A stretch of DNA of 62,453 nt, the filler included, from Choristocarpus tenellus KU-1152 (taxonomy: Eukaryota; Protista; Phaeophyceae), in NCBI GenBank assembly GCA_964200185.2. It is 11 parts of 11 records of this genome, joined end to end, with 100 filler letters (N's around TTAATTAATTAA, not from the genome) between each part and the next. Parts side by side here need not be neighbours in the genome. Positions count along the whole stretch, not along the records: positions 48,124 to 55,789 come from CAXNAD020005785.1; positions 55,890 to 59,850 come from CAXNAD020016922.1; positions 59,951 to 62,453 come from CAXNAD020027264.1; 8 more parts are not named here. The stretch is one strand, 5' to 3'. Below the pieces are notes generated by a model, which saw only the letters and a program-made list of their open reading frames with translations, was not told where the DNA came from and did not search any database. Of this stretch, positions 49,687 to 61,599 are shown piece after piece; within the stretch, counting starts at the first letter, position 1; each line of letters opens with the position of its first letter. Position numbers and translations under genes: made by a program.

Positions 49687-50511
49687 TTACCCCCCCCCCA
49701 GTGTGGATTCTATCCAACACGAACACAAACGTGGCTGGCCAGCACTTCATGTCGGATAGGTCCATCTTTAGGAGGAAGAAAAAACAAAAACATTCTGGTT
49801 GAATCAACTCAGGGTAAATAAAAATGAAAGGTGGAGCACTAGTGGTGATCAGACCTAGGTCGCACTCTAGTCCAAGTGTTGCGGTACTTCAAGTCATCTA
49901 TTGGGGAGTGTTGTAGGGATAGTGTCAAGGGTAGTTAAACTCATCATCCCTTACTATCATGTCTTTTTCAACAACTTGCCTCCAAGGTGCTTGGACAACC
50001 AGAAAAGATGAACTTTAAATGTTTGTTTTCGCGAATTTGTTTAAAGGAGTAAAATATTATACCTGTGGTAAATAATATTTTGAAAAGAAAAATATATGCA
50101 TGCTTCTCACAGGTGGAATCACTCTGTGTTGATGTCTCCGGATAAGAGCAATATTTCTACTCCACGATTCTAAAGTCGTCTAATAAATCAGCTCTAAATA
50201 TCACCTCAGTCCAAGTGAAATCTGTGTTAATGGGTGTAAAGCGCAGTGAGAAAAAATGGCGTGGACCAGCCTGTCTCCTACGTGTTTCCCGCGGTCTGAG
50301 TGGATGAAGCTCAGTATCACCACAGTCTTGGTACATCAAGTCATCTATTGAGGAGTGTCGTGGGAATAGTGTCAAGGGTGGTTGGAAGACTCATCAACCC
50401 TTACTATCACCTCTTTCTTCAACAACTTACCTCCAAGAGGCTTGGGTAACCTGTAAGTTGGACTATTAAATCCTTATTATATGTGCACAGTTGTTTAAAA
50501 TTAATAATGAA

Positions 50512-50771
50512 GAGTGGAAGTATCGTAGAGGGTACGAGTCTTGCTCTGTTTGTCCATTTGGGGTTTGACTTCCCATGGATTCGTTTATGACACTTTCCTA
50601 CTCCAATATTTTGGGAGTAGGAAAAGTGTATACGTTATGAAAACGTGTGCCCAGAACATGGATATTGACACTTCATAACAAATATCATATAGCCAAAATT
50701 ACATCAACATCGTAACATTGGATTTTGGTCCCTAAATGGACGCGGCTCTACCCTCTAAGATACTTTGGCTC
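50512..50771 (+). mobile_element. MITE family B (260 bp), TSD TGAA
   Basis: GAGTGGAAGTATCGTAGAGGGTA ... TACCCTCTAAGATACTTTGGCTC. TGAA at 50508-50511 and 50772-50775. Confidence 0.95.
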
Positions 50772-51909
50772 TGAAGTATTATACCCGAGGTAAATATTAT
50801 TTTGAAAAGGTATGCATGCTTCTCACAGATAGGACCAACCTGTGTTTGTTTCCTGATGAGAGCAGTCTTTCTACTTCACGAGTCTCAAGTCGCTAACTAG
50901 ATCAGCTCTGAAAATACCACCTGGACTGAGCCTAGGTATGGTCTTCAAGAATCTATCGGCGTCGCTTCCGCCATCTTGGTAGTGAAAAAGAAACATCTTC
51001 TCTATCTGTGAAATCTGGTGGCAATTCACCAGGCTGGCAACCCAATAGTATAGAGGAATTCATTGCACTTTCCGGTCCACAAGGAGGGGTGTCACAAGTA
51101 TTAGAGGAGGCTTGGTTGCTATTAGGTGGACGTCTGGTTGGCGGTACTACAAGTTCTTCGGCTGTTGTAGTGGCAAGTGTCTTTTGATTATGACAAGTCG
51201 CTTGGTCAGTGACTTTTACATTAGGAAGGTCCAACTTATTCTCATCCCTATAGGCTGCGATCATCTCTGCACATTCAGGTATTTCCTTGGGTTTGCGCCA
51301 TATATCACTGGCCGGCGAATGTCCCTGAAAGCAGAGCCGGTACAAATAATTGCGGGTATTCTTTCTTCATACCCCAACGATTATGATGATCAACATTGCT
51401 CTCTACATTGTAATATCCAATAGTTGGCTGTGTCTTTGACCCCTGATCAAGATCCGGTTCGGGTAAAATCCGGCCTAAGAAGAGTGAACTAAGGGCATCA
51501 ACGTCAGGCTCTGTGGCTGTTCCTTCCTTGTAGGGTTTAAGTCTGGCCAGATGAACCGTCACTTCACGTTGATCTTCCAAGCGTTTTACGCGATATACAA
51601 CAGGTGTTATACGTGCCTTCACTTCGTAAGGTCCTCTCCATGGGGGCAATAACTTTTTTTGTTCGGTGCATGAGCTGAAGTATGTGGTTTGTGAAGTCAC
51701 ACTTAACATCCGGGTCCCGTATAGTGGGAATTTATGGTTCACGTTCTTAGATTCATTCCCTAAAACCATCTCACCAATATTACGCTGGGCTAATTCATAG
51801 GCTAGCTGTAAATTCTCCACTGTTTTCGTACTGTATTCTTGTACAGTTATGGGGGTGGCCTCAGGGACCCCCAAAATAAGATCAATTGGTAAAATTGGGC
51901 GCGTCCCAA

Positions 51910-52087
51910 GGTTCAAAGTATCTGGGAGGGGTGGCGGCTGTCCATTCGGGGTAAATTTTTTCATGTCACGATTTTTGGGTGATTTGGTGGCATACGTCGA
52001 ATCGATAATGTAAGTGCACTTTTTCTGGTTTTGGTCCAAATGGACACCCTGGTGTAGACCGCCCCGCCCCCCCAGATACTTTGGGTC
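51910..52087 (-). mobile_element. MITE family A (178 bp), TSD CCAA, inside the Gypsy integrase
   Basis: Removing the element and one CCAA restores ETPFFLMFGTRPILPIDL. Confidence 0.96.
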
Positions 52088-52504
52088 CCAAACATGAGAA
52101 AAAATGGGGTTTCTTGAACAGTGGTATTATAGGCTGTATTATTTGCTACCTGTACAAACGGCATCAATGAGGCCCAGTCAGATTGGTCCATATTTGAATA
52201 CATGGCCAGCTACCATTCATTGTAAAATGAATACTTTCTCATATACTATTGCCTTGTGGTCGATATGCCGTTGTCGTGGTTTTATGATATCCATACACTT
52301 TACGCAACTCAGCCAGGAGTTTATTCTTAAATTCTTTGCCTTGGTCTGAGTGGAGTGTTTCAGGAGGACCAAAGGTGGAAAAAATACGGTTGACGAGAGC
52401 TTCAGCGCCGTTTTTTTCTTGCTTATTTGCAATGCCAACCAAGATTGCGAATCTTGTAAGATGGTCTACGGCGGATAACACATATTTTGCACCTTCTGAC
52501 GTGT

Positions 52505-52548
52505 GCCCCCAAATAGACGCGGCCCTATCCTCTAAGATACTTTGGCTC
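52505..52548 (+). mobile_element. MITE family B right-end fragment at a deletion junction within Gypsy pol
   Basis: CCCCCAAATAGACGCGGCCCTATCCTCTAAGATACTTTGGCTC. Confidence 0.85.
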
Positions 52549-53773
52549 ATACGACCGGTAGAGTAAAAGTCTATTTTCTCGTTCTTGAGTGAAAAAACAT
52601 GAAATGGTGTAGGCCGTTTCCTTAGTGGGTAATGCTGTATTGCTTGGGTCTGCCAGGTATTGAAAATAAGCTTCAAACTGCTCATGTTGGACCTTGGCTA
52701 GAACTTCCGATCAATTACAGGGAAAACACTGATGGAGCTTGCAAGGAGCTCAGCCTCATTTGCCACTTTAGTAATTGCACCTAGTCGATCCACAGACAAT
52801 TCATAGGCAGGGTATACCTTGCTTGAGAATATGCATCAGTGGAATTTGTACCCACATTTCGACATGTAGGATTTAGGGGTGCTGGTTCAGATTCATGTTT
52901 ACAAAATTCTTCCAGTTGAGGACGTGACAATATATCTGGGATGTAATGTAGTCTGCCAGGCTTATGAAGGACGGTAAAATCAAAATTTTGCAAAGCTAAG
53001 GCCCAAAGAGTTAACAGATTGGACGAATCTTGCATTGTATGCAGCCACCGTAAGGCTGACTGGTCACTAATAACTGCGAAATGTTTACCCCAAATATATG
53101 GTCTCTAACGTTGGATTGCAAGAATAACTGCAAGGTACTCTTTTTTTGTGGCAGAATATTTCTGTTGGGTGGGGGAAAGTAAGGTAAGGTACTATGGTAT
53201 GCAATTATATTAAAATTGTCGCCATCATTTTTATGTACCAAAAGTGCCCCTGTTCCAACATTACTGGCATCAACATGAATTAATAAAATTCCTTAGAAAA
53301 ATCAGGAAAGTGTATCACTGGAGTCCCAGGTAAAAGTCGTTTGCATTCGTCAAAAGCAGTTTGCTGTGGTCAATTCTATCTAGATGAGATATCCTTGTGG
53401 TCTTTCTTTGCTCGTTTTTACTGAGGTGTTTTCTTCTTGTGAAGTTTCTTCTGTGTATGGCGAATCAATTCAACTAACGGTTCTGTTGCTGTTGCTAGGT
53501 GAGGAATATATTTCCCAACAAAGTTCATCGAACCTAAAACGATTGTAAGCCTTTCACAGTTTGAGGAGGACGTATATCTAATATAGCTTCAACACGAGCT
53601 TGGGATACAGCAATTCCTTGTGGGCTAACATCATGTCCCAAATAATGGATTTGTTTTGAGCCAAATTGAGCCTTGGATGGCTTTAACGTAACCCCTACAT
53701 CTTGTAACATTGACAAAACTGTGTAGTGATCAACTGTTTATGGTGTGTCCATAATGGAGAGGCCAAAACAATA

Positions 53774-54038
53774 GAGTGAAAGTATCTTAGAGGGTACGGG
53801 TTTTGCCCTGTTTGTCCATTTGGGGCTTGACTTCCCATGGCGTATCTATCTTTATGACATTTTCCTACTCCAAAATGTTTCGGAGTAGGTAAAATGTGTA
53901 AGTCATGAAAAGGTGTGTCCGGAACAAGGATATTGACACATCCCAACGAACATGATGGCCAAAATTACATCAAAATCACAACATTGGATTTTGACCCCAA
54001 ATGGACGAGGACCTACCCCCCCTAAGATACTTAGGCTC
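53774..54038 (+). mobile_element. MITE family B (265 bp), TSD AATA, inserted directly after the RT YLDD motif
   Basis: Removing the element and one AATA restores LLYLDDIVLAS. Confidence 0.96.
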
Positions 54039-56153
54039 AATATCATCTAAATATAGCAACAACCCTGAGCTAGGAGCGATACTGGAAAAGGTTTCAGACA
54101 TAAAGCGTTGGAAGATCCACGGTGCATTTTGTACTCCAAATGGTAACCTCTGAAACCCATTTCCCATCCAGCGTGCTGAAGGCGGTCTTTTGTTCTTCGC
54201 ATTCATCAGTTATCGGTAGTTGCCAATAGGCTGATTGGATATCTAAACAAGATATATATTTTGAACCCCCCAACGTAGATAAACACTCGTCCATGGATGG
54301 TAGAGGCCAAGAATTATGTATCAAATGTTTATTTATGATTCCTCTAGAATACATACAGAATCGAGGTGATCCATCAGGTTCGGCAACAATGGTAACAGGG
54401 GATGCCCATGGGCTAGATGAGGGTTTTATAATATCCTGTTTTTCCATATCAGTTACACATTGCCGAATAGTGTCGCGTAATTTTGGTGCCGTGCAATACG
54501 GTGGTCTACTAACCGGTTTAGTGCCTGATTGTAGTGGAAACTCAACAGAAGTAGTGGTGCAACAATTATTTTTCGGATGATGAAAAGACTGGTGCGAATT
54601 TAGCCACTATATGTAGTAATTCCTCTTGTTCAGAAAGTGTCGGTTGAGTATTTGTAAAAGTCTTGTTAGAAAAAACGACTTCAATTCCTCCCTAGCCTGT
54701 TTCAGTTCTTCGGGAGTAGAGGGTGTTGCTGCAACTACACTTACTGTGGAGTCTGACAGGGCATATATTTTTGACACAGGGGAAATATGACCAACTACAA
54801 ATTTTGCCGGTAACTTGACCCCTTTTTGTGAAAGATTGGCAATTTTGACTAGACATCCTCCATCTTCTTCCCAAACAGAGAGGATTCGACTGACCATTAT
54901 GTGTTGCCAGTGGGGATGTATGTCGTCCTGCTGCTGGAGGTCTGTGCCAGTATAAATGTTTCCACCACTGCATAGGTAGCTGTTCCTTATAGTGCCTTAG
55001 AACAAACTGGAACAAGCGTTTCCGTGCCAGGGGGAAGGGATATCTTTTTTACTGTGTATACTGATGTAATAAATTCAGATGCAATCACTGAAATTCATAA
55101 ATGAGATGGTGCATGTTCAGTGTGGCAAAATTTCTTGGGGGGGAACAGATGGGAAGAGGTACAATTTTGTGTTTTGTGGAATGCATTTTTCACTGTCTTT
55201 AAAAGACATTTCCTCTCAACCCCAATCTAGCACTGCCCCAAATGCCGACATAATGCTGTTGTCCAATAAAATTTGATCCACTCCCAGATTAGGTATGACC
55301 ACTGCTTGGACAGGCATTGATATGTAACGAAGTTGTAGTGTAAATTGAATGAAACCATTAACAGATAAAGGTCTACCACCAGCTCCTTTTAAATTCAGAG
55401 AGCCTGCTGGAATCTCCCGAATGGGTGCCTTGCAAAGTATTGGGTGGGCTTTAATGTATCTGAGTGATAGTGCTGGAATGTCAGTGACAGTATCAACAGT
55501 AATATTCATTAAAGATTCATTTTCAACATACCCAGGAATTCTTATGTGGCGAGATGAAACATTTAGCACGAAAGGGGTAGTAGAGGTGTTGGTAATCTGA
55601 TGTCCCTTATTGCTAGTGTAGAGAGGAAACATGTTGCTTATGCTTTGGCTGTATAGTCACACCTGAGTCAGTACTGATGAGTACCCCCATGCATGGTCGT
55701 CTTGTTTCTGAGTTGGAACCAGCCCCTCAATCTTATGCTGAGGCCCAAAAGTCAGAATACTGGCCGGTATGGGAAGAGGCTATGTCTAANNNNNNNNNNN
55801 NNNNNNNNNNNNNNNNNNNNNNNNNNNNNNNNNTTAATTAATTAANNNNNNNNNNNNNNNNNNNNNNNNNNNNNNNNNNNNNNNNNNNNGGGGATGAAAG
55901 AAGGGGGTGGGGGGGTGGTGGGTTGGGTGGGTTGTGGGGGGGGGGGGGGATGACTGGGTTATGTAAGTGTGGGGGAAAGAAGACAATAGAGAGATCATTT
56001 GAATCAATTTGTAAAAATAATAATAATAATAATAATAATTGTTGTATTGCACTCGATTTTGTGATGATTTACACACTATGTAGTAATAGTGACAGTTCAA
56101 TCAATAGTAATGGTGATAATACAGTCAATAGTCATAGTGATGGAATAGCAGTA

Positions 56154-56415
56154 GGGTCAACGTAACTGAGAGGCAGGCAAGGCTACATTTCAAGGACCCC
56201 CAGAAGCGGCAAAAATATGCCATTTTGTACAATCACAGGAAGAGCCTTTGCTTAATTGTTGTGATGTCACTCTGTGCGTGTAAAGGATGAATATCAATTC
56301 TGTGTACACTATTGTGCACATAAATCAACGAGACAGAGTGCATTGTACAGGGTGGCGAGTATGACTTAGAATGCTAAAGGACCCAAACCTGCCCACATTT
56401 CAGTTGCGGTGGCTC
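56154..56415 (+). mobile_element. MITE family C, diverged copy
   Basis: GGGTCAACGTAACTGAGAGGCAGGCA ... AAACCTGCCCACATTTCAGTTGCGGTGGCTC, with internal ATTGTGCACATAAA. Confidence 0.78.
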
Positions 56416-57914
56416 ACAGTCCTTCCATCACTCTTGCTACTGACTGTATCATGACTATTACTACATAGTACAATGTAAGTTATGAGGGAGGAAATTGTAT
56501 TGCTCCCCACATGCCCATGGAGTAAGCACAGTAGTGTGTAAAGAGAATATTCCCTGTGGGTCAAACACAATTTCTGTTGGAGAAAACGAAATCGACTTGA
56601 AATTTAAATTTTCCAATGGGTGCTCCTCCTCAAAAATACTCTATTTCAATTTCTTTGGAGGAAGAGTGGAAGTAGGGAGGGTAGGACTCAAAAGGTTGTC
56701 TCTTGAGCGATGATAGTGTTTTGATATGTAGAGGGACTTTAAAACTACAATGAAATAACATACAAAAGATATATACAAATAATTATAAATACAATATATA
56801 TTTAAAAGAAGAAAAAACTGGACGTAGCCGAGGTCAGCCAAGAGACCCCCAGAGTGTGGAATAGTACGCAATATGTCACAAAAAAATAGCCCCCAATACA
56901 TAGCCCAGGACATCAATAGTGTTGTCAACATGGTCAGATTCTACAAACATCCCCAATCCCATAAAAAAATAACGAAATAAGGCTCTGATCGCAATGTTGA
57001 TCTCCCAATACATTTAATACTATTTGTTACCCTAACCCTGACATGTCTGTGTATTTGTGGCAACAACATCAAGAACACACCGGCTGTTGACCTGATGAGA
57101 GGTACAAGTTACAGGTTACAGGTAAGGAATGGGCCATAAAATAGAAACAGAACAGTTTCTAAATGTATTTTAAATAATCAACACAGAAACGTCCAGAAAG
57201 CTACTCAACTTACGAAAAAAAAAGAAGGTTCTTTCTTTTCGTTCAAAACTGTTCTTGAAATTCGAGGCTGCTGGAGAACTTGATGCGGTTTACAAGGACA
57301 ACAACATACACGCTTGGGACAGTTATCTAGCTGGATGTTCCACCAGCAAGCTGCGGTTCCTGAGTGAGGATCGGTATACTGGGGTTTGTTTCTTTTGACT
57401 GTTACGCCTCTGACTCTTCAAGAGTCGTTTCATAATGGGCTGCTGCCCAGCATGACGCACACAAGAAGAAGAAGATCACAACGAGCAGGCCAACCAGCAT
57501 CACAACCAGTAGGTGGAAGGCCGAGGAAATAAATAAAAATATAGGATTTGCCCTGTTCTAAGAGATTAAAAAAAAAGTGATGTGGAAATAGAGAATGTCA
57601 GGTGCCAAGAATGTCGATCCAGCGAAGGACCTCAACCTGCTTCTCATTGAGTGGGACGGTTTCAAGAGGGAGAAGTCAGCTTTAACACATGCAGAATGGA
57701 GAGTAGAGGGGGGACCTTTCGATCACGTACACAGAAAGTCATCCAAGTGAGCTAGCTGGGGTACAGACATAAATAACATGATCCTGGGAAATTGAAACGA
57801 TTAAAGTTTAGGCGTGAGATCAAAGAAACGTCTCTTGCCAACCTGCGCAGTGAGGTATCAGGGCATCAATGTCCACCACTCCACTAACACCCTTACCGTG
57901 GAGTGATGTAAACA

Positions 57915-58070
57915 CCACGCTACTATTATATACTCACACTACGCTACTAGTAGATACTATTTGTACTTTACACTACACTACTATTAGAGTTAGTTGTACA
58001 TCATACCACACTACTAGTAGATAATATTTGTACTTTACACCACACTACTAGTAGATACTATTTGTACTTC
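57915..58070. repeat. Degenerate minisatellite (ACTAGTAGATACTATTTGTACTTTACACCACACT-like units)
   Basis: TAGTAGATA..ATTTGTACTT occurs three times. Confidence 0.75.
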
Positions 58071-58946
58071 AGGGCAAGCGTGGCAACCTGGGAGTGGATG
58101 GAAAACACCCCAAAAGGAGAGAGAGAGGATAGCAGGATGAGGAGTGAAGAGATGGTGAATCGTAGCACTGTTCTTGAACTGATATTTGCCATCTACTTTG
58201 AAGGTGAATATTGCCTGTATATTTTCCTCCTGTGACTGTGACTGGCTGCAGTATATTGGTTCTGTTGTATCCGGTTTATGTCAGTTGAATGTTCTGTTCG
58301 TTTTGTCCATGCTGTCGTTTACAAGGTTGATCTTGGCAAGTGCGCAAACTTACTAGTTGTGCCTGGAGGCAGTAGGTCATTCAAATATTTCTATTCTGGG
58401 ACTGAGGTTACTTGGTATGAACCTGTAAGTTTCTGGATGCATTAGGCCGTGTAAAATTTACTTCCTGGAAATTAAGTTTACTTTGTTTTCGACCTTGAAG
58501 TACGGTGGAGTTTTGTTGTGTATGATGGCGTTCCGAAGTAAATCCCCAATTGAACCAAACCTATTTGCTGAAGTTTCTCCAAGCAATTAATAGTGTCTTG
58601 CATATGGTACTCCTTCCATAGTGCATGTCCTAATTCATTCAGAGTAGAGACTGGGATGCCACCATCCTTTCTATCATCATGACCGACCCACACAACACCC
58701 TTTACTTCTCCAAGATGGTCATGTAGATCTATCAAACAACTTCAGTTCACTATACTATTGAGACTCCTTTCACCACAACTAACTACTATTGTACACAACA
58801 ATAAGCCCTCCTGTCCACTATTGTCACAACTGTAGGAACGGCATTGAACTGCAGTACAGTTCTTCATCTCACAAGAAGAATCAATTTGATACATTCAAAT
58901 TCAATGTTAAATTCAAAACTCAATGTTACATAGATTCACATCCTTC

Positions 58947-58980
<34 letters not shown>

Positions 58981-59406
58981 TTTTAATTCAGGATCCACCG
59001 GAGATCAGATTGTTCATCACACAAATCCATTGCACTTTCATACCCTCAACTGCCAATACCTGGCATATGAATAAATCGGTCGCAGTCCTAACATAAAAAG
59101 TCAATCTCGCATCTCAGGATGGAATGCTCTCAACATCCGGCAAAACCTGCTCAAGGATCTATTCCAGTCCCTACCCTGACGTTTTGAAAGTTGCATCGCA
59201 CACAAGCAAGTGATAGCACAAACTCTAACCCTAGCCCTAACCAATGCCCGCCCCACAAGGGAGGTGGTATGTTAGAACATACACAGAGGCGCTAGGCTGT
59301 CGTCACCTGTGCTCTGATCCCCCGCCTCCCTTTCCCCCTCCCCTCTTCCTCCTTCACGCCACACTCTCTCAGAATGCTCTCTCTCCCCCCCTATCTTTCC
59401 TCTCAC

Positions 59407-59550
59407 CTTGTTGTGTTGAAGGACAGTATGCCCTCTGACATGCCCGTTCCGCTTTACTGACGGGGTCTTATCTTCTGCAGCAGCTGCCGCCATGTGGACA
59501 TTGAGGTCCTCCATTGCATCTTCCCCGAAGTAGGACGGACTGATCTCCAC
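59407..59550 (-). CDS. Probable internal exon of an unidentified gene (VEISPSYFGEDAMEDL...HNK)
   Basis: CAG acceptor after a T-rich tract, AAG|GTGAGA donor, 144 nt phase 0-0 open frame. No domain recognised. Confidence 0.45.
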
Positions 59551-59826
59551 CTGAGGAGGCGTTGTCACGAATAAAAAAAGTCTTGGTGATATCATCGATC
59601 AAGTTAACTCAAAAAGACTTCCCCCATGTACCCCCCACCTACACCTGGTGCACTCACTGCACACGGAGCAAGGCACGCTGTAGGCCTAACACTAGCACTG
59701 ACTGCTGTGAGGAAGTGACACTGGAGCACTAAATCTGACTACATAGAACATAGAACATACTACGTACAATGTACAACACACACACAATTAAAAAAAAATG
59801 ATCTAAAAAAAATGATCTACACTTCG

Positions 59827-59850
59827 GACCCAAAGTATCTGGGGGGGGGG
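59827..59850 (+). mobile_element. MITE family A left terminus at contig end
   Basis: GACCCAAAGTATCTGGGGGGGGGG, then gap. Confidence 0.85.
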
Positions 59851-59950
59851 NNNNNNNNNNNNNNNNNNNNNNNNNNNNNNNNNNNNNNNNNNNNTTAATT
59901 AATTAANNNNNNNNNNNNNNNNNNNNNNNNNNNNNNNNNNNNNNNNNNNN

Positions 59951-60055
59951 TTTGGTTGCATAAGTCGGATGGAAAATGTAAGTGCACTTTTCCTGGTTTT
60001 AATCCAAATGGGCACCCTAGTATAGATCCCCCCCCCCCCCCAGATTTTTTTGATC
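59951..60055 (-). mobile_element. MITE family A partial copy at contig start
   Basis: TTGGTTGCATAAGTCGGATGG..GTAAGTGCACTTTTCCTGG..CCAAATGGGCACCCT..C-tract-CAGAT. Confidence 0.85.
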
Positions 60056-61239
60056 TGAAATTGCCCTCGATTACCCCATTTCGCTGAAGCTGTGGTGGTG
60101 CAGCAAGCACCACATCTACACCCCTGTAGAGTTATGCTAGGTTAGAGGTATAGCAGCAGTGTACAAATGCCTTTTTGATTACCAACTTTAAGGAGTTGTT
60201 AGAGCATAGCTATTATTCGAACAGCAAATAGATTTTGGAGAGGTATCTTTTACATTTACCACAACTATTACTTTTGGACGGGTCCTTGTGATACTGATTC
60301 GTTTTTTCCCTGACGTGTCTACAAAATGGTAATGATAACAGCATTATCAATAGCGATATTAAAATAACAGTAACAATAACAATTATATTGACCTCACTCA
60401 TACAAATTGCAACAGATAAAACTACATCTGCAAATACGAACAAAATATCAAGTCACCCGATAAAAAATTACACTGTGGCATGTATTCCACATATTGTAGT
60501 AGTTTTGTGGTGTACAATTAAATGCTTAGATACAAAGGGGGTAATGACTTCAGTGTGAAGCACACAGGGGTAAGTGAGAGGCAGTTGTCAGGTGAGCTTG
60601 AATATGCGCCAAAGGTAGACATGCAGACTTTTTCTGTGGCTGATAGAATTGTGATGGGTCGGAAGTAATAAGAATAAAAAGAACTGACTAACCAGAAATT
60701 CGTCAAGGATTCCAAATCTTCTTTCAGAAATTAATTTCATCAATATCTTCAAACGTTACGGACAACGCGGCACAGACTTATGGCACGGAGGTATTATTAG
60801 ATTTGGACTTGCACACTGGCATGGATGTTTGACCTCTAAACTAGACTGAGGTACAAGAGCAGTTGGCCATGCCTCGCTACCCATTGCGCACGTACATATT
60901 GACCCACTGGCTCTCGTGTATCTTATGGCATATAACAAAGACTAGAATAATACTGATGGGATCTCAAGCAGCAACTATGATATAATTTCTGCTTATCATT
61001 CAATACCACTAGAAAATTGATGCTACAGATCTGATTAGCAACTCCTAATTGTATTTCCTGCTCCACCCTTGTTGTAATTGTGTATCCTAGCATCTACCAC
61101 CGACAAGGATGATAGGGATTTGTGGGAAAGCTTTCTTTCGTCTTTTCAGTCACTTGTACGTCGCTCCACTCTCAAACCCGTGACGATGCCTCTATCCACA
61201 GAGCCTCGTCCGCTGCACAGCCACATCAATCAAACCGAA

Positions 61240-61385
61240 CATTTCTTGTTCATAGCGCTCCTTGTCAACTTTTTCCAGATCATTATACAGCTGTCGTTCT
61301 CCGATAGGCATTGTTTCACCATCATCCTTATTCCACCGCATCTTGCGGATCGTGCCCATATCGGAATTGGCGAAACCGACGAACC
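61240..61385 (-). pseudogene. HMG-box fragment (helices 2-3); isolated exon or pseudogene
   Basis: DMGTIRKMRW...MPIGERQLYNDLEKVDKERYEQEM matches the HMGB-type C-terminal helix (EKxxYxxxAxxDKERYxxEM). Stops follow downstream. Confidence 0.55.
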
Positions 61386-61599
61386 TCAAAAGTAATGCTT
61401 CCTGTATGAGAGACACCAGAGGCATAGCAACAAGAGTGTGATGTGCATGCTTTGAACTCGCACTCGCAAACTGTAGACATCTGTGTGCTGAAAATAGCCT
61501 ATTTTTTGTATATATTCATTCATTGAGATAAGAGAGCACCAAGAAAAGCACAGCATGCTTTCATGGAGGACCTCGAAGTGGTATTAAAATTTGTATTTT

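Larger units (their letters stand above)
49280..55789 (-). mobile_element. Ty3/Gypsy chromovirus-like LTR retrotransposon (PR-RT-RH-INT-chromodomain, PPT, 3' LTR), degenerate, 5' end off contig
   Basis: PR ITVDT..ILLDN (~55250-55520); RT PSSSPWASP, DIQSAYWQ, LPFGVQNAP, YLDD (~54040-54450); RH HVDASNVGTGA, HKPGRLHYIPDILSR; INT AVDHLTRF, LHSDQGKEF, TTAYRPQGN, WRGPY; chromodomain YNVESNVDH..YRLCFQGHSPASDIW (~51250-51420). G-rich PPT at ~49690-49699. Confidence 0.95.
3086..59950. other. Ten artificial contig-joining spacers (44N-TTAATTAATTAA-44N) at 3086-3185, 15588-15687, 21440-21539, 24238-24337, 30756-30855, 33968-34067, 36726-36825, 48024-48123, 55790-55889, 59851-59950
   Basis: Identical 100-nt linker each time, with stop codons in all six frames. 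Adjacent contigs are not necessarily neighbours in the genome. Confidence 0.99.

Noticed and set aside
50853-50900. CTGATGAG as a hammerhead ribozyme core (also at ~55674 and ~57092)
   Set aside because: No stem II followed by GAAA, and no closing stems.
53774-54038. MITEs as introner-like spliceable elements or as CRISPR-like repeats
   Set aside because: The ends lack terminal GT..AG, the copies disrupt dead TEs rather than host exons, and they are dispersed with TSDs rather than arrayed with spacers.
57040-57780. Several exon-like segments on the plus strand (AAGELDAVYKDNNIHAWDSY; AKNVDPAKDLNLLLIEWDGF)
   Set aside because: No consistent splice chain or recognisable domain.
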